A stretch of DNA of 64,000 bases from Raillietiella orientalis (taxonomy: Eukaryota). Below, piece after piece: positions 36,332-48,300 of the stretch. Each line of letters opens with the position of its first letter. The stretch's first letter is position 1. The translations under genes were made by a program, and so were the position numbers. Location of the stretch: assembly GCA_036172245.1 (NCBI GenBank), contig JAYWIR010000001.1, positions 9,920,001-9,984,000 of the forward strand, read 5' to 3'. The notes beneath the pieces were generated by a model. That model had not been told where the DNA came from and made no database searches. It saw nothing but the letters and a program-made list of their open reading frames with translations.

Positions 36332-39300
36332 TCAACGTTTGGCGCACACCTGGCATCTGCTGACGCGAGTGCGCAGCGAGGGTCCCTTCAGGGTGGCGCT
36401 CTTGGGGGTCTGGAACTCCTCCCCTGGTTGGATGGTGGCCAGCCAGAAGCTGAGCTTGTTGGCAAAGTAGTGGCAGGTGCCCCTGGCTCCGCTGCATTCG
36501 ATGAACGGGATGGCCCGGAAGTGCTCCAAGCATGACCCGGGACTGGACAGGGATTGGCCTCCTCCTTCGGCCCCTGCCGCTGTGTGCTGTGTGGGGAGAC
36601 GAAGCGGTCAAATGGGTTTAGCCGCGGCGTTGCCAGGAGTGCGCCCTTCCCCTCCCAACCCGCTTCCTTCACCCGGCTCGGCGCTTCTCGGCCTTTTGGC
36701 TAAGATCAAAGTGCGGCTCGATGACCTACCATGGCGAAGCTGTATCCCTGCCAGAGGCTGTCCCACCCTTGAGGGCAGAGGGGAAGCTCCAGGGACTGGC
36801 TGTGGACGGCGATGACGTTGGCCGGAGCCTCGCAGACGACGCAGCGCGAGATGAATGGGTGGATCTCCTGCTCGCCCACGGGCATCATAGGGATGGCGGC
36901 GTTGGTGGACAGCCAGTAGGACTTGTCGTTACGGGACGCGTAGTTGCAGACGTTGTTGATGTCACAGAAGAGGAAGGGCATCGTGCTGAACTTGCGCATG
37001 CAGCTGCCTGCGAATCCTGGAGGAGAAACAGCGTCTCGGGGTCACAGCATCAACTGCAGCGCTTACCCAGGTCCTGGTGGTGGGCCTTCTCGTTGCCCTC
37101 GATGTACAGCAGGCTGTAGCCATCCCACACCTTGGCGTACTGCAGCGGGCAGCGGGGCACCTCCTCCGTCTGGCTGTGCCGCACGACCAGGATGCCCGTC
37201 AGGTAGTCTCCCTCGGGCTTGCACTCCCGGCCGGGGTAGCCCTTCTCCCCGGGAAGGCCCGGCATCCCCTGGAATGACCCGCGGCGGCTCAGGCGCAGCC
37301 CCGCGTCAGCCGCGGGCGCGCGGCAGTCGCGAGTGTCTACTTACGGGCAGTCCAGAACTTCCCGGGTTCCCCTTCTCGCCTCTGGGGCCCGGGAGTCCAG
37401 AGGGGCCTGGCAGCCCCGGAATACCCGAGATGCCCTTCTCGCCCTTCTCCCCGGGAATTCCCGTCTGCCCTTCGAAGCCCGGAAGTCCCGTCTTTCCAGC
37501 GTCTCCGGGATGCCCTGGGAACGGAAAAGGAAGGGACGGCGCTGCCGCTTACCCCAGCCCCGACCCATCCCACCTCTCTCCCCCTTGTCCCCTTTCTTCC
37601 CGGCAGGGCCCGTGAACCCGGGCTCCCCTTTGTCGCCCTTGGGGCCGCTGATGCCGGGAAGCCCGGTTTTCCCGGAGGACCCTTTGAAGCCCTTGTCGCC
37701 CTTTAAGCCGATAACGCCTGGAGATCCCGGACGGCCGGAACTGCCCCTGTCGCCCTTGTCTCCGGGTACACCAGCCACTCCAGGAAGTCCTGCAGGTCAG
37801 GAAAAAAAGAAAAAGGGGTCGAATTCCCTCCATCCCGTCCTCTCCTTTCCCCCTCCGACCTGGAACTCCTGCGTCTCCCTTAAGACCGTCTCTCCCGGGA
37901 ATTCCCGGGGGTCCTGGAGGCCCAGGAAGTCCCGTATCCCCGGGCTGTCCAGGCGCTCCCGGCGCTCCCGAGAGTCCGGGGGATCCCGGATATCCCGGAG
38001 ATCCCTGCAGTCCGTGCTCTCCTTTCTCTCCGGGGATGCTGATCCCAGGATCGCCTGAAGGGGAGAGGCTATCAGGCGGGGTTCCCAGACGACCCCTTCC
38101 TACCGGGCAATCCTCGCTGTCCGGGCATCCCTAGAAGGCCCCGGTTGCCCTTCTCTCCGGGAGGTCCGGGTTGCCCGGGGCGTCCCGGCCGGCACGCGAT
38201 CCCAGGAAGGCCCTTCTCGCCCTTGATGGACTCCCCGGCGGGACCTACAGGCCCAACGTCTCCCTTCTCTCCTGCGTGAACCCTACGGAATGAAAGGGGG
38301 GCCCCACGAGGGCAAGGGGGGGAGGAAGGAACCTTTTTGTCCCGCCTCTCCGTCCAGTCCGGCGATGCCGGGGACGCCGGACTCTCCCTTGTCCCCTCGC
38401 AGACCGGGGGATCCCGGAATTCCAGGCAGGCCAGGCTCTCCCTTGAAACCTACGGGGGAAAAAAAAAGAGAAGGGGGGCAGGGGCGGGAGAGACGCAGCA
38501 GCAAAAGGGGAATGAGTGGAAAAAAAGGGAAACAAAGGAGGAAGGAAGGGATCAGGAAGAGGAGGAAAGGAGAGGGGAAGTAGGGCGAAAAAGGGAGGCA
38601 GAAAGGGGAGGAAGGAATGGTCGCTGCGCGCGCCCTCACCTGGAACGCCCTTCTCTCCTTGAAACCCGCGCTCGCCCTTGTCTCCTTTGGAGGCGAGTGG
38701 GGCCGGGTAGCCGGGTAACCCACGCTCTCCTTTGTCTCCCTTGTCCCCGGGGATACCGAAGTTCCCCGGCAGTCCTGAGGCCGGTAAAGGTCGTGACCCG
38801 CCACCTTCAGCTACTCACCTGTGGGTCCCGTCTCCCCCTTCATCCCGTGGAGTCCCGGCCTTCCAGATTCCCCCCGGTCGCCCTTCTCGCCGATGGGCCC
38901 CGGCTGCCCTTTGTCTCCTTTGTCTCCTTTCGGTCCCGGTGTGCCCGGCGTTCCGAGAGCTCCCGGAATGCCGTCCCTCCCGGCGTCTCCCTGAAGGGAG
39001 AGGGGAGAGGGCAGTGCCCCTCTCGGCCCGCGGCCCTCCGCCTCACCTTCTCTCCTTTCTCGCCCTGAGGGCCCATCACCCCGCGGTCTCCCTTGACTCC
39101 GGGGAAGCCATCGATTCCGGGTGTGCCCGGGGTGCCGCGGTCGCCCTTGTCTCCGGGGATGCCGAATCCTGAAGGGCGAGAGCCCCAGGTGAACCCGACC
39201 CAGAGGGTGTCCCTCGCCCCTACCTGGCAGACCCGCGTCTCCTTTGTCACCGGGAATTCCGGAGATCCCTGGATCTCCGGGAAGTCCCTGCAGGCCCTGG

Positions 39301-42300
39301 ATGCCGGCCTCGCCCTTCTGGCCCTTCTGGGACGAGAGTCCCGGGTAACCCTTCTCTCCCTGAGGGGTGGGAGCATGAGAAGAGCCGGGGTATGCTGCCG
39401 TCCTTACCTTCGCCCCGGGAAATCCCAGGTCGCCCTTCTCTCCCGGAAGGCCGGGAACGCCTCGAGGACCGGTGAGTCCCGGGAATCCTGGATCGCCCTT
39501 CTCCCCGGGGAATCCGACGTTCCCGACGAGACCTGGCAGTCCGGGAAGGCCCGACGCACCCTCCTTCCCCGCCGTTCCTTTTTCCCCTTTCATCCCGGGG
39601 GAGCCGTCCAATCCGGGACTTCCGGGAATTCCTTTTGGCGGTGGAGTGAGCGGCGGGGCGCCTCTCGGAGCTCACCTGGAAGTCCGGGTCTTCCCTGGTA
39701 GCCCTTCGGGCCGAGAAGCCCGCCCTCTCCTTGGTTGCCCTTCTCTCCAGGAACGCCCGGGAATCCGGGAAGGCCCTTCTCTCCAACGGGTCCCGACTCT
39801 CCTGCAAAGCACGGAAGGTCCCGAAGGCGTTGCCGGGAAGCGCAGGCACCAACCTCGCGGTCCCGGGTATCCCCGCGGCCCTTGCGGCCCAGTGGCTCCC
39901 GGTAGGCCGGGCAGCCCGGGCTTCCCCAAGTCACCCTTCTCCCCGGGCAGCCCCGGCAGCCCAGGGGATCCCATGTTGCCTTTCTCTCCTGGAGCTCCGG
40001 GGGGTCCTGAAACGATCCGGGGGGGGAGAGGGGATGCGTCGAAGGCGAGGAGTCTCACCTTGGAGGCCGGAAGATCCCGGCTTCCCGGGGAATCCCGGAA
40101 GCCCCTTTTCTCCTTTGCTGCCGTCTTCCCCGGGGGATCCCGGAGACCCCACGGCGGAGATCCCGGGCTCGCCCTTGTCTCCTGGAAGGGAGCGGTGGGG
40201 ACGTGGAGGCTGGGGACCGAACCGCCCGATGGCGGCCGCTCCTCACCTTTGTCTCCCGTGGCCCCCGGAACGCCGGGACTCCCGGAAACGCCCGGTTCCC
40301 CGGCGAACCCAATAGGCCCACGGTCTCCCTTCTCCCCTCTCGGTCCGGGGAGGCCCCTCGGTCCCACGGGCCCTGGTGGACCGAACTCGCCCCTTTGCCC
40401 TTGCTCTCCCTGAGAAAGAGAAGTCCCATAACCTCCGCGCAGGCTGCCCTTCGGGCCGGAAGGCGCGTGCTCCTCGTGCACTCACAGGCAGGCCCTGCAG
40501 ACCATGGTCACCCTTCTCGCCCTTCAGTCCCGGTACGCCGCGCTCGCCCTTGTCGCCGGGCTGTCCCTTGGGCCCTTTGGTCAGGAACTCCGGGGCGGTG
40601 CTATTGGCTACGGCAGGTGTCAGCAGCAGCCGGCATGGGAGGTCACGCCCTCGGGCGGCTCCCGAGGGCCTCTTACCGGGCTCTCCTTTAACGCCCCTCT
40701 CTCCTTTGACCCCGGGCTCTCCCTTGAGGCCGTCCCTTCCTGGAATGCCCTTCTCGCCCTTCACCAGCAGACCGGACTCGCCCTTCTTTCCAGGGTAACC
40801 GGGGGTCCCTGCTCTTCCTGGCTGTCCCGGGTGGCCTCTCTCTCCCTGGAAAAAGGTACGGGGAAGGACTCGTCCCCCGAGCTCCTTTCCCGGAGCCCTC
40901 TCCTACCTTTTCTCCCTTCTCGCCGGTTTCTCCGGGAGAGCCGCGCGTCCCGGGAGACCCGGGGAATCCCTCAGTCCCAGGAGGGCCGGGAAGACCCGGA
41001 AGTCCAGCGTCGCCCTTCTCTCCAGGAGGGCCGCGCACCAGGTCCGTGGGGATGATCGCCTGATCCCCCTTCTCCCCTTTCTGGCCCGGCATCCCCGGAC
41101 GTCCCGATTCTCCCTGGGAAAGGGGGAAGGGGACTTTGGGGTTCCGGGGCCGGAGTTGCACTCACCATGTCGCCCACGGGACCCGGAGCCCCCGGGAGGC
41201 CGTCGTCTCCTGGGAGGCCTGCGGGGCCTGGCTCTCCAGTCTCTCCTCGGCGGCCCATCTCTCCATGGAACCCGTGGATGCCCCTCTCCCCCTTCTGGCC
41301 CTTCTCCCCAGGAAAGCAGAAGGGGCACTGGCCTCCTTTGTCTCCCTTGGCTCCGGGGATTCCTGGAAGGGAACGTCGGAGCGACAAGTTCGCACCTGCC
41401 TCCGACCCTGTTTTCCGGGACTCACCTGGGAGTCCGGAGCGGCCCTGCTCTCCAGGGTATCCTTTCTCGCCCTTCTCGCCGGGGATACCCTGAGGTCCAG
41501 GGATGCCCTTCTCCGATTCTCCCGGGTATCCTCTAGGTCCGGGAGGGCCTTTCTCCCCCTTCTCCCCGGGCAGTCCGTCTCGTCCCGGCAGCCCGTCGTT
41601 CCCGCGGGCGCCCTACGCGAGCTGTAGCAGTCCTCCAGCGCAGGCCCCGCCCACCCCCGGCTCACGGGAATGGAGATGCCCTTCTCTCCTACGGGTCCTG
41701 GAGGTCCCTGCAGTCCTCTGCTGCCGCTCGGGCCCCGGGGCCCAGAAGGACCGACGGATCCTACGGGCGTGGATGCTCCTCCTCCTGCCCTCCCCTTCCC
41801 GGCTTGCCTTCTGCTCCTCGGTCCCCCTTCTCCCCCTTCTCTCCTGGAAAACCTTCCTGCCCCGGGAGTCCCGGTTCACCAGCCCCACCGGGGGGTCCCG
41901 GTGGGCCCGGAAGCCCTCGGGCGCCGGGCACTCCGTCCAGACCCTTCGGCCCGGGTGGCCCTAGAAAGCCGCGCGGACCCGGGGGGCCTGGCCGACCCTG
42001 GAGTCCCGTGCCTCCCTGCAATGGGTGTGGGTGAGGCTCCGCTCCCGGAAAGTGCAGATACCAACGCCGGGGGGTCCCGGGGGACCGCGGATCCCCTTCT
42101 CCCCGGGGATTCCCGAGATTCCCTGGTTGCCCTTGTCGCCCTTCATCCCGGGGAAGCCATCGACTCCGTCGCTCCCGCGGTCGCCCTTGTGTCCGCGGGG
42201 ACCGGGGGCTCCGAACGGTCCTGGAGGGCCCTGAGGGAGAAGACAAGGAGAGGGGCCGAGTCAGTCCGGGGCAGGACGGGACCCCGCGCACTCACCCGAG

Positions 42301-45300
42301 GTCCAGGCGGTCCTGGAAGCCCTTTCTCTCCCTTCGCCCCGGCCTCTCCCGGAAATCCCGGAGGTCCGAAGGGTCCCGGTTCTCCCGATGTTCCCCTGCT
42401 GCCGTTCTCCCCCTGGGAAGAAGAAGAAGAAAGGGCGGGAGGATGATCGTTGTTCCCTCCCTCCCTCTCCGGTCCCTTGCCGGCGGGCTCACCTGGTCTC
42501 CCTTGTCGCCCTTCCCGATGGGCGGAGTGATGATGAGGTTCTCCGTGCAGCTGCTGCCTCCCGGAGGTCCCTTCTCTCCCTTCTCGCCCTTCTCACCGAT
42601 GACCGACAGGGACGACGGGGCGCCCTTCTCGCCCTTCTCTCCCGGGTAGCCGTGGTCTCCCTGGAGACGGCGGCGGCTTCTTCGAGCCACGAACCCTGGA
42701 GACTGAGCGGTATGCTGACCTTCACGCTGGGAGTGCCGGCCTCGCCCTTCAGCCCGGGGCTCCCGGGAACGCCTGGTCTTCCCGGAACGCCCTGTGCCCC
42801 CGTTCGCCCGGGCTCGCCCTTCTGCCCTTTGTGCTTGATGCTGCAGTCCGCCGGCTCTCCTTTGAACCCCTTCTCTCCGGGGGAACCGGGGAAGCCCCGA
42901 GGGCCGGGAGATCCCAGTGCTCCGGGAAGTCCGGAAGGTCCCTTGGGGGCAGAGGTCAGCGGGACGCCAACCTGGGGCTGTTGCTTACCTGAGTGCCGTT
43001 GCAGCCGTCCAGTCCCGGAGGTCCCGGGATGCCGGGTAGCCCCGGAGTGCCGGGAATGCCGGGTTGACCGATGTGCCCTGGAATGCCCATCCTTCCCTGC
43101 TCGCCACCGAGGGAGCTGCGTGAGTAAAAGAGCACGCGGGGAGCCCAAGTGACGTACGCGATCGCCCTTGATCCCTCGGTATCCGGGAAGGCCGGCCTCC
43201 CCTTTGTCGCCCTTGGACCCCTGGATGCCCTCGATTCCCGGGAAGCCCACGTTTCCTTTCGGTCCAGGAGGTCCTGGAGATCCTGGAGGTCCCTGCGAGG
43301 GAGGAGGAGGGAAGACGTCAGAGAGGCAGGGAGAGACGGGCGACTACTGCGCTCACCCTGTCGCCCTTGAGGCCGACGCATCTGCAGCCACCGGCGGTGC
43401 ACGATGACTTGCACCGGGGGTCGTCCAGGTCCAGGAATTGACCCGTGTTGTTCCTGTAGTCCCGGTGGATCAGACCGAACTGCGGCCTCTCCTGCAAGAT
43501 ACGAGTCCATCGTCAAGGGCGGGCGGGGAAACCGGGCCGGAGCCGGGCCGGGGGGCTGCGAAGCGTGGAACGAGTGGCCTCTCGGCCGGATCCGAGAGCC
43601 AAGGAGGTCGCCCGATGCAACGGAAAGGAATCACAGCAGGACGGAGCCTCCGGGAGCTCTCGGGAGGGCTAGTGGAACGGAGTAGGGGGCGGGGAGGGGT
43701 CCTGAAAGGGAACGAGGCGCTTTCGAGCAGGGAAACGCGAGGTTCATAGCGACGCGTGTCCACGAAGCCCGAGTAGCCTCGCCGTAAACCTCAGAATTCG
43801 TGAGGCTGCGCAGGCTCACCGAATCACTTTGACCAAATTAGGAAGACAACGATAGGAACTCTGAGAAGGAAGGAAGTCAAAGGAACCGTCGAGGGTAGCC
43901 GACGAGGGTGATTTTGAGGGGCCAACGGCAAGTTGGCCCGTTCCTGAGGCCTCACCTAGAGCAGAGGAGTGGAACGGTCAGGGAGGCTGGGAAGGGTAAG
44001 GGTGAAACCGCGCTCCCCGGTCCGAAGCACAAAGATATCCAAAAAGAGGGGGAAAGAAAAATCAATTCCCTGAAAGAGCAACTTCTCCCGCGCTCTAGAG
44101 CCCCCCCTTCCCCCCAAATCCGCTGAACTGCAGGATTTTTTTTTGCATCTGGTAAGCTTTCGATTGCCGTCCCTGCTTGAAAACGAAGCACCAATCGAAT
44201 TCGCCCCTCAAAAATCGATAACCCACGATGGGACTGTTGCAGGGACGAAACTGTCACACCCACGACCCAGGCCTAGGTCCGGGGATGACGCAGCCTCGTC
44301 GGGATGTTGGAGTCCCTCGGACAAGTGATGTGACGAGTGAAATCGCGGGATGTGCGAAGTGAAACGTACGGAGGTGGGGGTGGTTCCTCTCGCATTCCGA
44401 CCGGGATGTGCCAAGAGATTTTGAACTGGCTCAAGACGCCCCATTTTTTTTTTTTCTTTTCCTACCGGTTTTGGGTTCCGCTTGGCCTTTCCACGGCTGC
44501 GTTTCCCGAAGTGAGCAGGGAGTATACCCGAAACAGGCGAATGGGCACTTTCGGTGACGATTTTTCTAGAGATCTGCATAAGATTCAGGAAGGAAGGAAA
44601 AAAGACGGAGAGAAGGAAGCATTTCGAACAACCCTCACGTGGAGTTTTAGGCAAATCTCAGTTATGTGCACGGCATCTGCGATTCGGCTAGAGCTGTAAG
44701 CCATAGAATCACGAAATAGTTAGACACTGCTCTTGTTTGATGCAAGATGGAGGTGTTCAGCAAGTTGTTACGGCAAGAAACATTGCCTTTGCAGCTGACA
44801 ACTTTATGGAACTCACCGGTTAGTGCACTGCTGATAAAACACTGCCAAGGCCTGCCTTTTCCATGTCTAACTGTTACATTCATTTACAGCAATCTGTGTT
44901 CTGGATCAGTGACTCTGTGATGGATCACATTGGTCCGGTCAAACTAACAACAGGGGCACAGTGCACGGTGAACTCGGAATCAATGACCCACGATGGGGTT
45001 GTGATCCCATTAAGACTGAGGCTCGAGCTACTCGGTTTTACACTTGCGTCCTTTCACGCACCTATATGAGTCGCGTTCGGGAACAGATGCTCCAGATTGC
45101 AAAGCTGATTTAAAGTGTATACTACAGAGACTTGAGGGATTGTCTCCCTCCTGCTTTGGCCAGTTCAAAGAGGAAAATCAACAGCTAACTGCTTATCAAG
45201 TGCCTCCTCGCAATTCACACTATGAGCGTCGGGGTACCCACAGCCCACTGTTTGTGGATCTGTAGGAAGAGAGTCGATGTTTCCGCAGATGGAAGATGGA

Positions 45301-48300
45301 AGAGCTTTCTTTCTATTGAGAACCACCTTGGGAAGAACCTTAGCTGCTATGACTAGCGAACCACTTCAAATATCGGGGTCCAGCAGGGGGGGAAGACAAA
45401 AAAGACCTTCCAGTAGCGATGAGACGGTTTTCACTGAACCACAGCCTCTCCGATCTTCGCAATATTGAGAGCAGTCTCGTGGACGAAGCCAACTTATTCC
45501 ATCCCTATTTGACCATGAGAGGGGATCTATAGCCCATCTACAGAGAACGGAGGATAATGATATCATGCTTTCCCAAAGTGCCCAGTATTGTGATGCTTCG
45601 TCAGAATTGATTCCCGATATCAATTCATTGCATAGCCAAGATTGCAGCTCGGATAGTCCCATGACGGGAGAGAGGATCCAAAGTGGACATTCCTAGAGCT
45701 ATGACTCAGGGATACACCAGATGTCTCTTCCAGAAATACACAAGACTCGAGGGTATTTGTTCAGTACGACGAGGCTGGCAAAGATCAACACTGCTTTTTA
45801 TGGAGTGCATCCCCCCTTGGCCAGAGTGCCGTAAAGAATGAATCGTTATGATGAAAATGCTCCTCGGGGGGACCAGGATCAGATACATGTCTTGGCTCTG
45901 GCACTGCGGATCGTTAGAAGTGGTAAGTTCCTGGTGAGTTCCGAAATAACCCATTAGTAATTCTGATGAACATTGCAGTTTTTCTCTCATTCGACTGATT
46001 CTCTAAGATAAAACGGCTGCATTGTCTCTGCAATAAACAATAAGCTCAGAGAATAGTAGTAGAATCGCCTGCGATACGACACGAGTAGCAACCCCCGCTG
46101 CTAGAGCGTACCAATTCAATTCTCAAGAAGCTCAAAGAGAGCCAAGCACCGCTAAAAACAGTGAAAGTAAACCTCCAAAGCAACTGACGGATGCTGACTG
46201 CACCAACGGGCAAGAGTCCCTCCTAGGTTTCCAGTGCCCGGACGTCAGGATTCCCCGGCGATCCATTCGTCGAACTGGAAAATTTCGTTACCATGGCGGA
46301 GACATCTTCAGATGAACTCGATGCGATCTTCAAGTTAGCAGGGAATTTTCTTCTTTGAAAAAATTCTATGACGAAACCATGGAAAATCAACGCCCAAGAA
46401 TTTTGTGCCTCAGGATGATGACGCCTGTTAATCTTCAGCGCGCTTTTGATCTTTGATGCTATCTAAAAGTTCATTTTGGGGCGGTTGGTTCTTTCAAATT
46501 GGAAAAAGAAGAGATATTTGTCTGGTTCGAGACTCTCAGATTATCTGCTCACTGATTTTCATCTGTGCGACTGAAGCATTTTTGCGTGGTTGATGTTGAT
46601 CTCTCCCGGACGCTGAGGTTGCAGCCTGTGCTTTGGGAAAACAGACCAAAATAATATAAGTGACATCGCCTGAGATTCTCTAGAAAGTTCCAAAACCCTG
46701 CACGAGCTTTTTTTTTTTTGCGTTCAAGGCGAGCCGTGACTGTGAGCTGGTCCCACGCAAGTTCTTGCAATCATTGCTGTTCCGCCAGAATTCCTGTGGA
46801 ATCCCCTGGATAGCTGCGCTTCTTTTGAATGAATAAGCTGCAAGAACCACCTGGCTGGTGGTGTCTGAATGTGACATGCCATGAATGCATTTCTTGAGCA
46901 CCTCGTCTTCCTCTTGGCAAAGCTGCTGCATAACTTAATAAAACAACGGCGAATCGTATTTAGTAGGCTTCATTTGAAATAAGGAAAGAAAGGAAGTAAT
47001 TCCTTTGGTCTCCCGGTCGGAAAATCATGAAATTTCTGCTCCCTTTTCCGTTTTCTTTTTTTCCTTTCTCTTTTTTTTTTTTGGATCAGAAAGTTTGTGG
47101 TTACTTGCAAGCCCCATCGGTTCCTCTAACGAACTACTTAGCACCTCGAGACTCCGTATGAAACGATCTTGAGATTGCAGTCGCTTCATGGTGCTGAAGA
47201 GCTGAAGTGCCGGATGCACAATAAGAGGAAAAAAAAAAAAAAGGAAGGAGACGCTGCTTTTCAGTCTGGTGAAGGAGAGGAGAAAGCATGTGTGCCGTTT
47301 TGGCCGGCATTGTGCTGCCCCAACTGGATTCAGACTGGTTACCAGTCTAACCCTAGCTAATTAGTGTGATATAACTAAAGTCCCTTTGAGGGGTGATTCC
47401 CGAAACCGAATCAGCTTGCGGATCTCGTTCCATCGTTCAGTCGATCATCGTTCGGTTGGTACAGTTGGCATGTGAAGACGCATAACTCCCAACCTCTGAT
47501 CGCTCTCCCTCCACACATGTGATCAATGGTGCCTGCAATCAGGGAAATCAACCAAATGGTTGCAGCCTTTCAGTTATTTATACTCCTCCAGTTGCGAGCT
47601 CTTGGACGTTGAATAATTAACTCCACTGCCGCGAGTTTCCAATTACGTCCTTGGATGGCACTGCATGTTGCTATCACACATGCTTCAAGTCGCTATTTCT
47701 TTTATGCGCCACTCCAAGTGCCAATTATAAAAATATCAGCTAATCACGATGCTCTTCGAATCATTGCTCCCGGATGAACGCTACACGAAGAAGCCGGAAA
47801 CAGGAGCCATCCTGCGTATTTGCCAAATTTCGAGCTTATCCCCGATTTCTCTGGGAGTTCACTTCAGGCAGCGCGGTACGAAAGATCCTTTTTGGCCAAC
47901 ACTCATTCTTGAACAAAAGAAAAAGACATAAAGAGAGAAGCGATCGGAGGAGGAAGGCGTATTTATTAACACTGGGTATGATCAGCATATTATTCCTTGC
48001 TGAACGGTTTACTAAGGTATTGCTCGAAATCATTCTGCGGCAGACCGATGATTCCTTGTAGAGAGAACCATCATCGCCACAGCTTTATGCTAGTAGGAGG
48101 AGGAGGAGATGCTTACTCGATTTTCAAATGGCGCCATATAACAGCAGGATTTCTTTGCTGCATTCTTGAATGAGCAGCCAGAGGAGTCGTTTCCTTAGCA
48201 ACTTCGAGAGTGCTCAGGGGCCGTAGCATCCTGCTGCCGTGCTCACTTGCGCCCAGATCACTTTTTTAGGAGCAGCCAACAACCGCGCTACACCTTATTA

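Noticed and set aside
36944-43407. Plus-strand Pro/Gly-rich ORFs over the collagen gene
   Set aside because: These are antisense shadows of Gly-X-Y codons.
43800-48140. Nearer candidates for the collagen signal-peptide exon (donors at ~43955, ~43819, ~48116; ORF 47836-48033)
   Set aside because: Each has the wrong phase, an in-frame stop, no hydrophobic core or no good donor. The 56099/55809 exon pair fits both phase and signal-peptide expectations.
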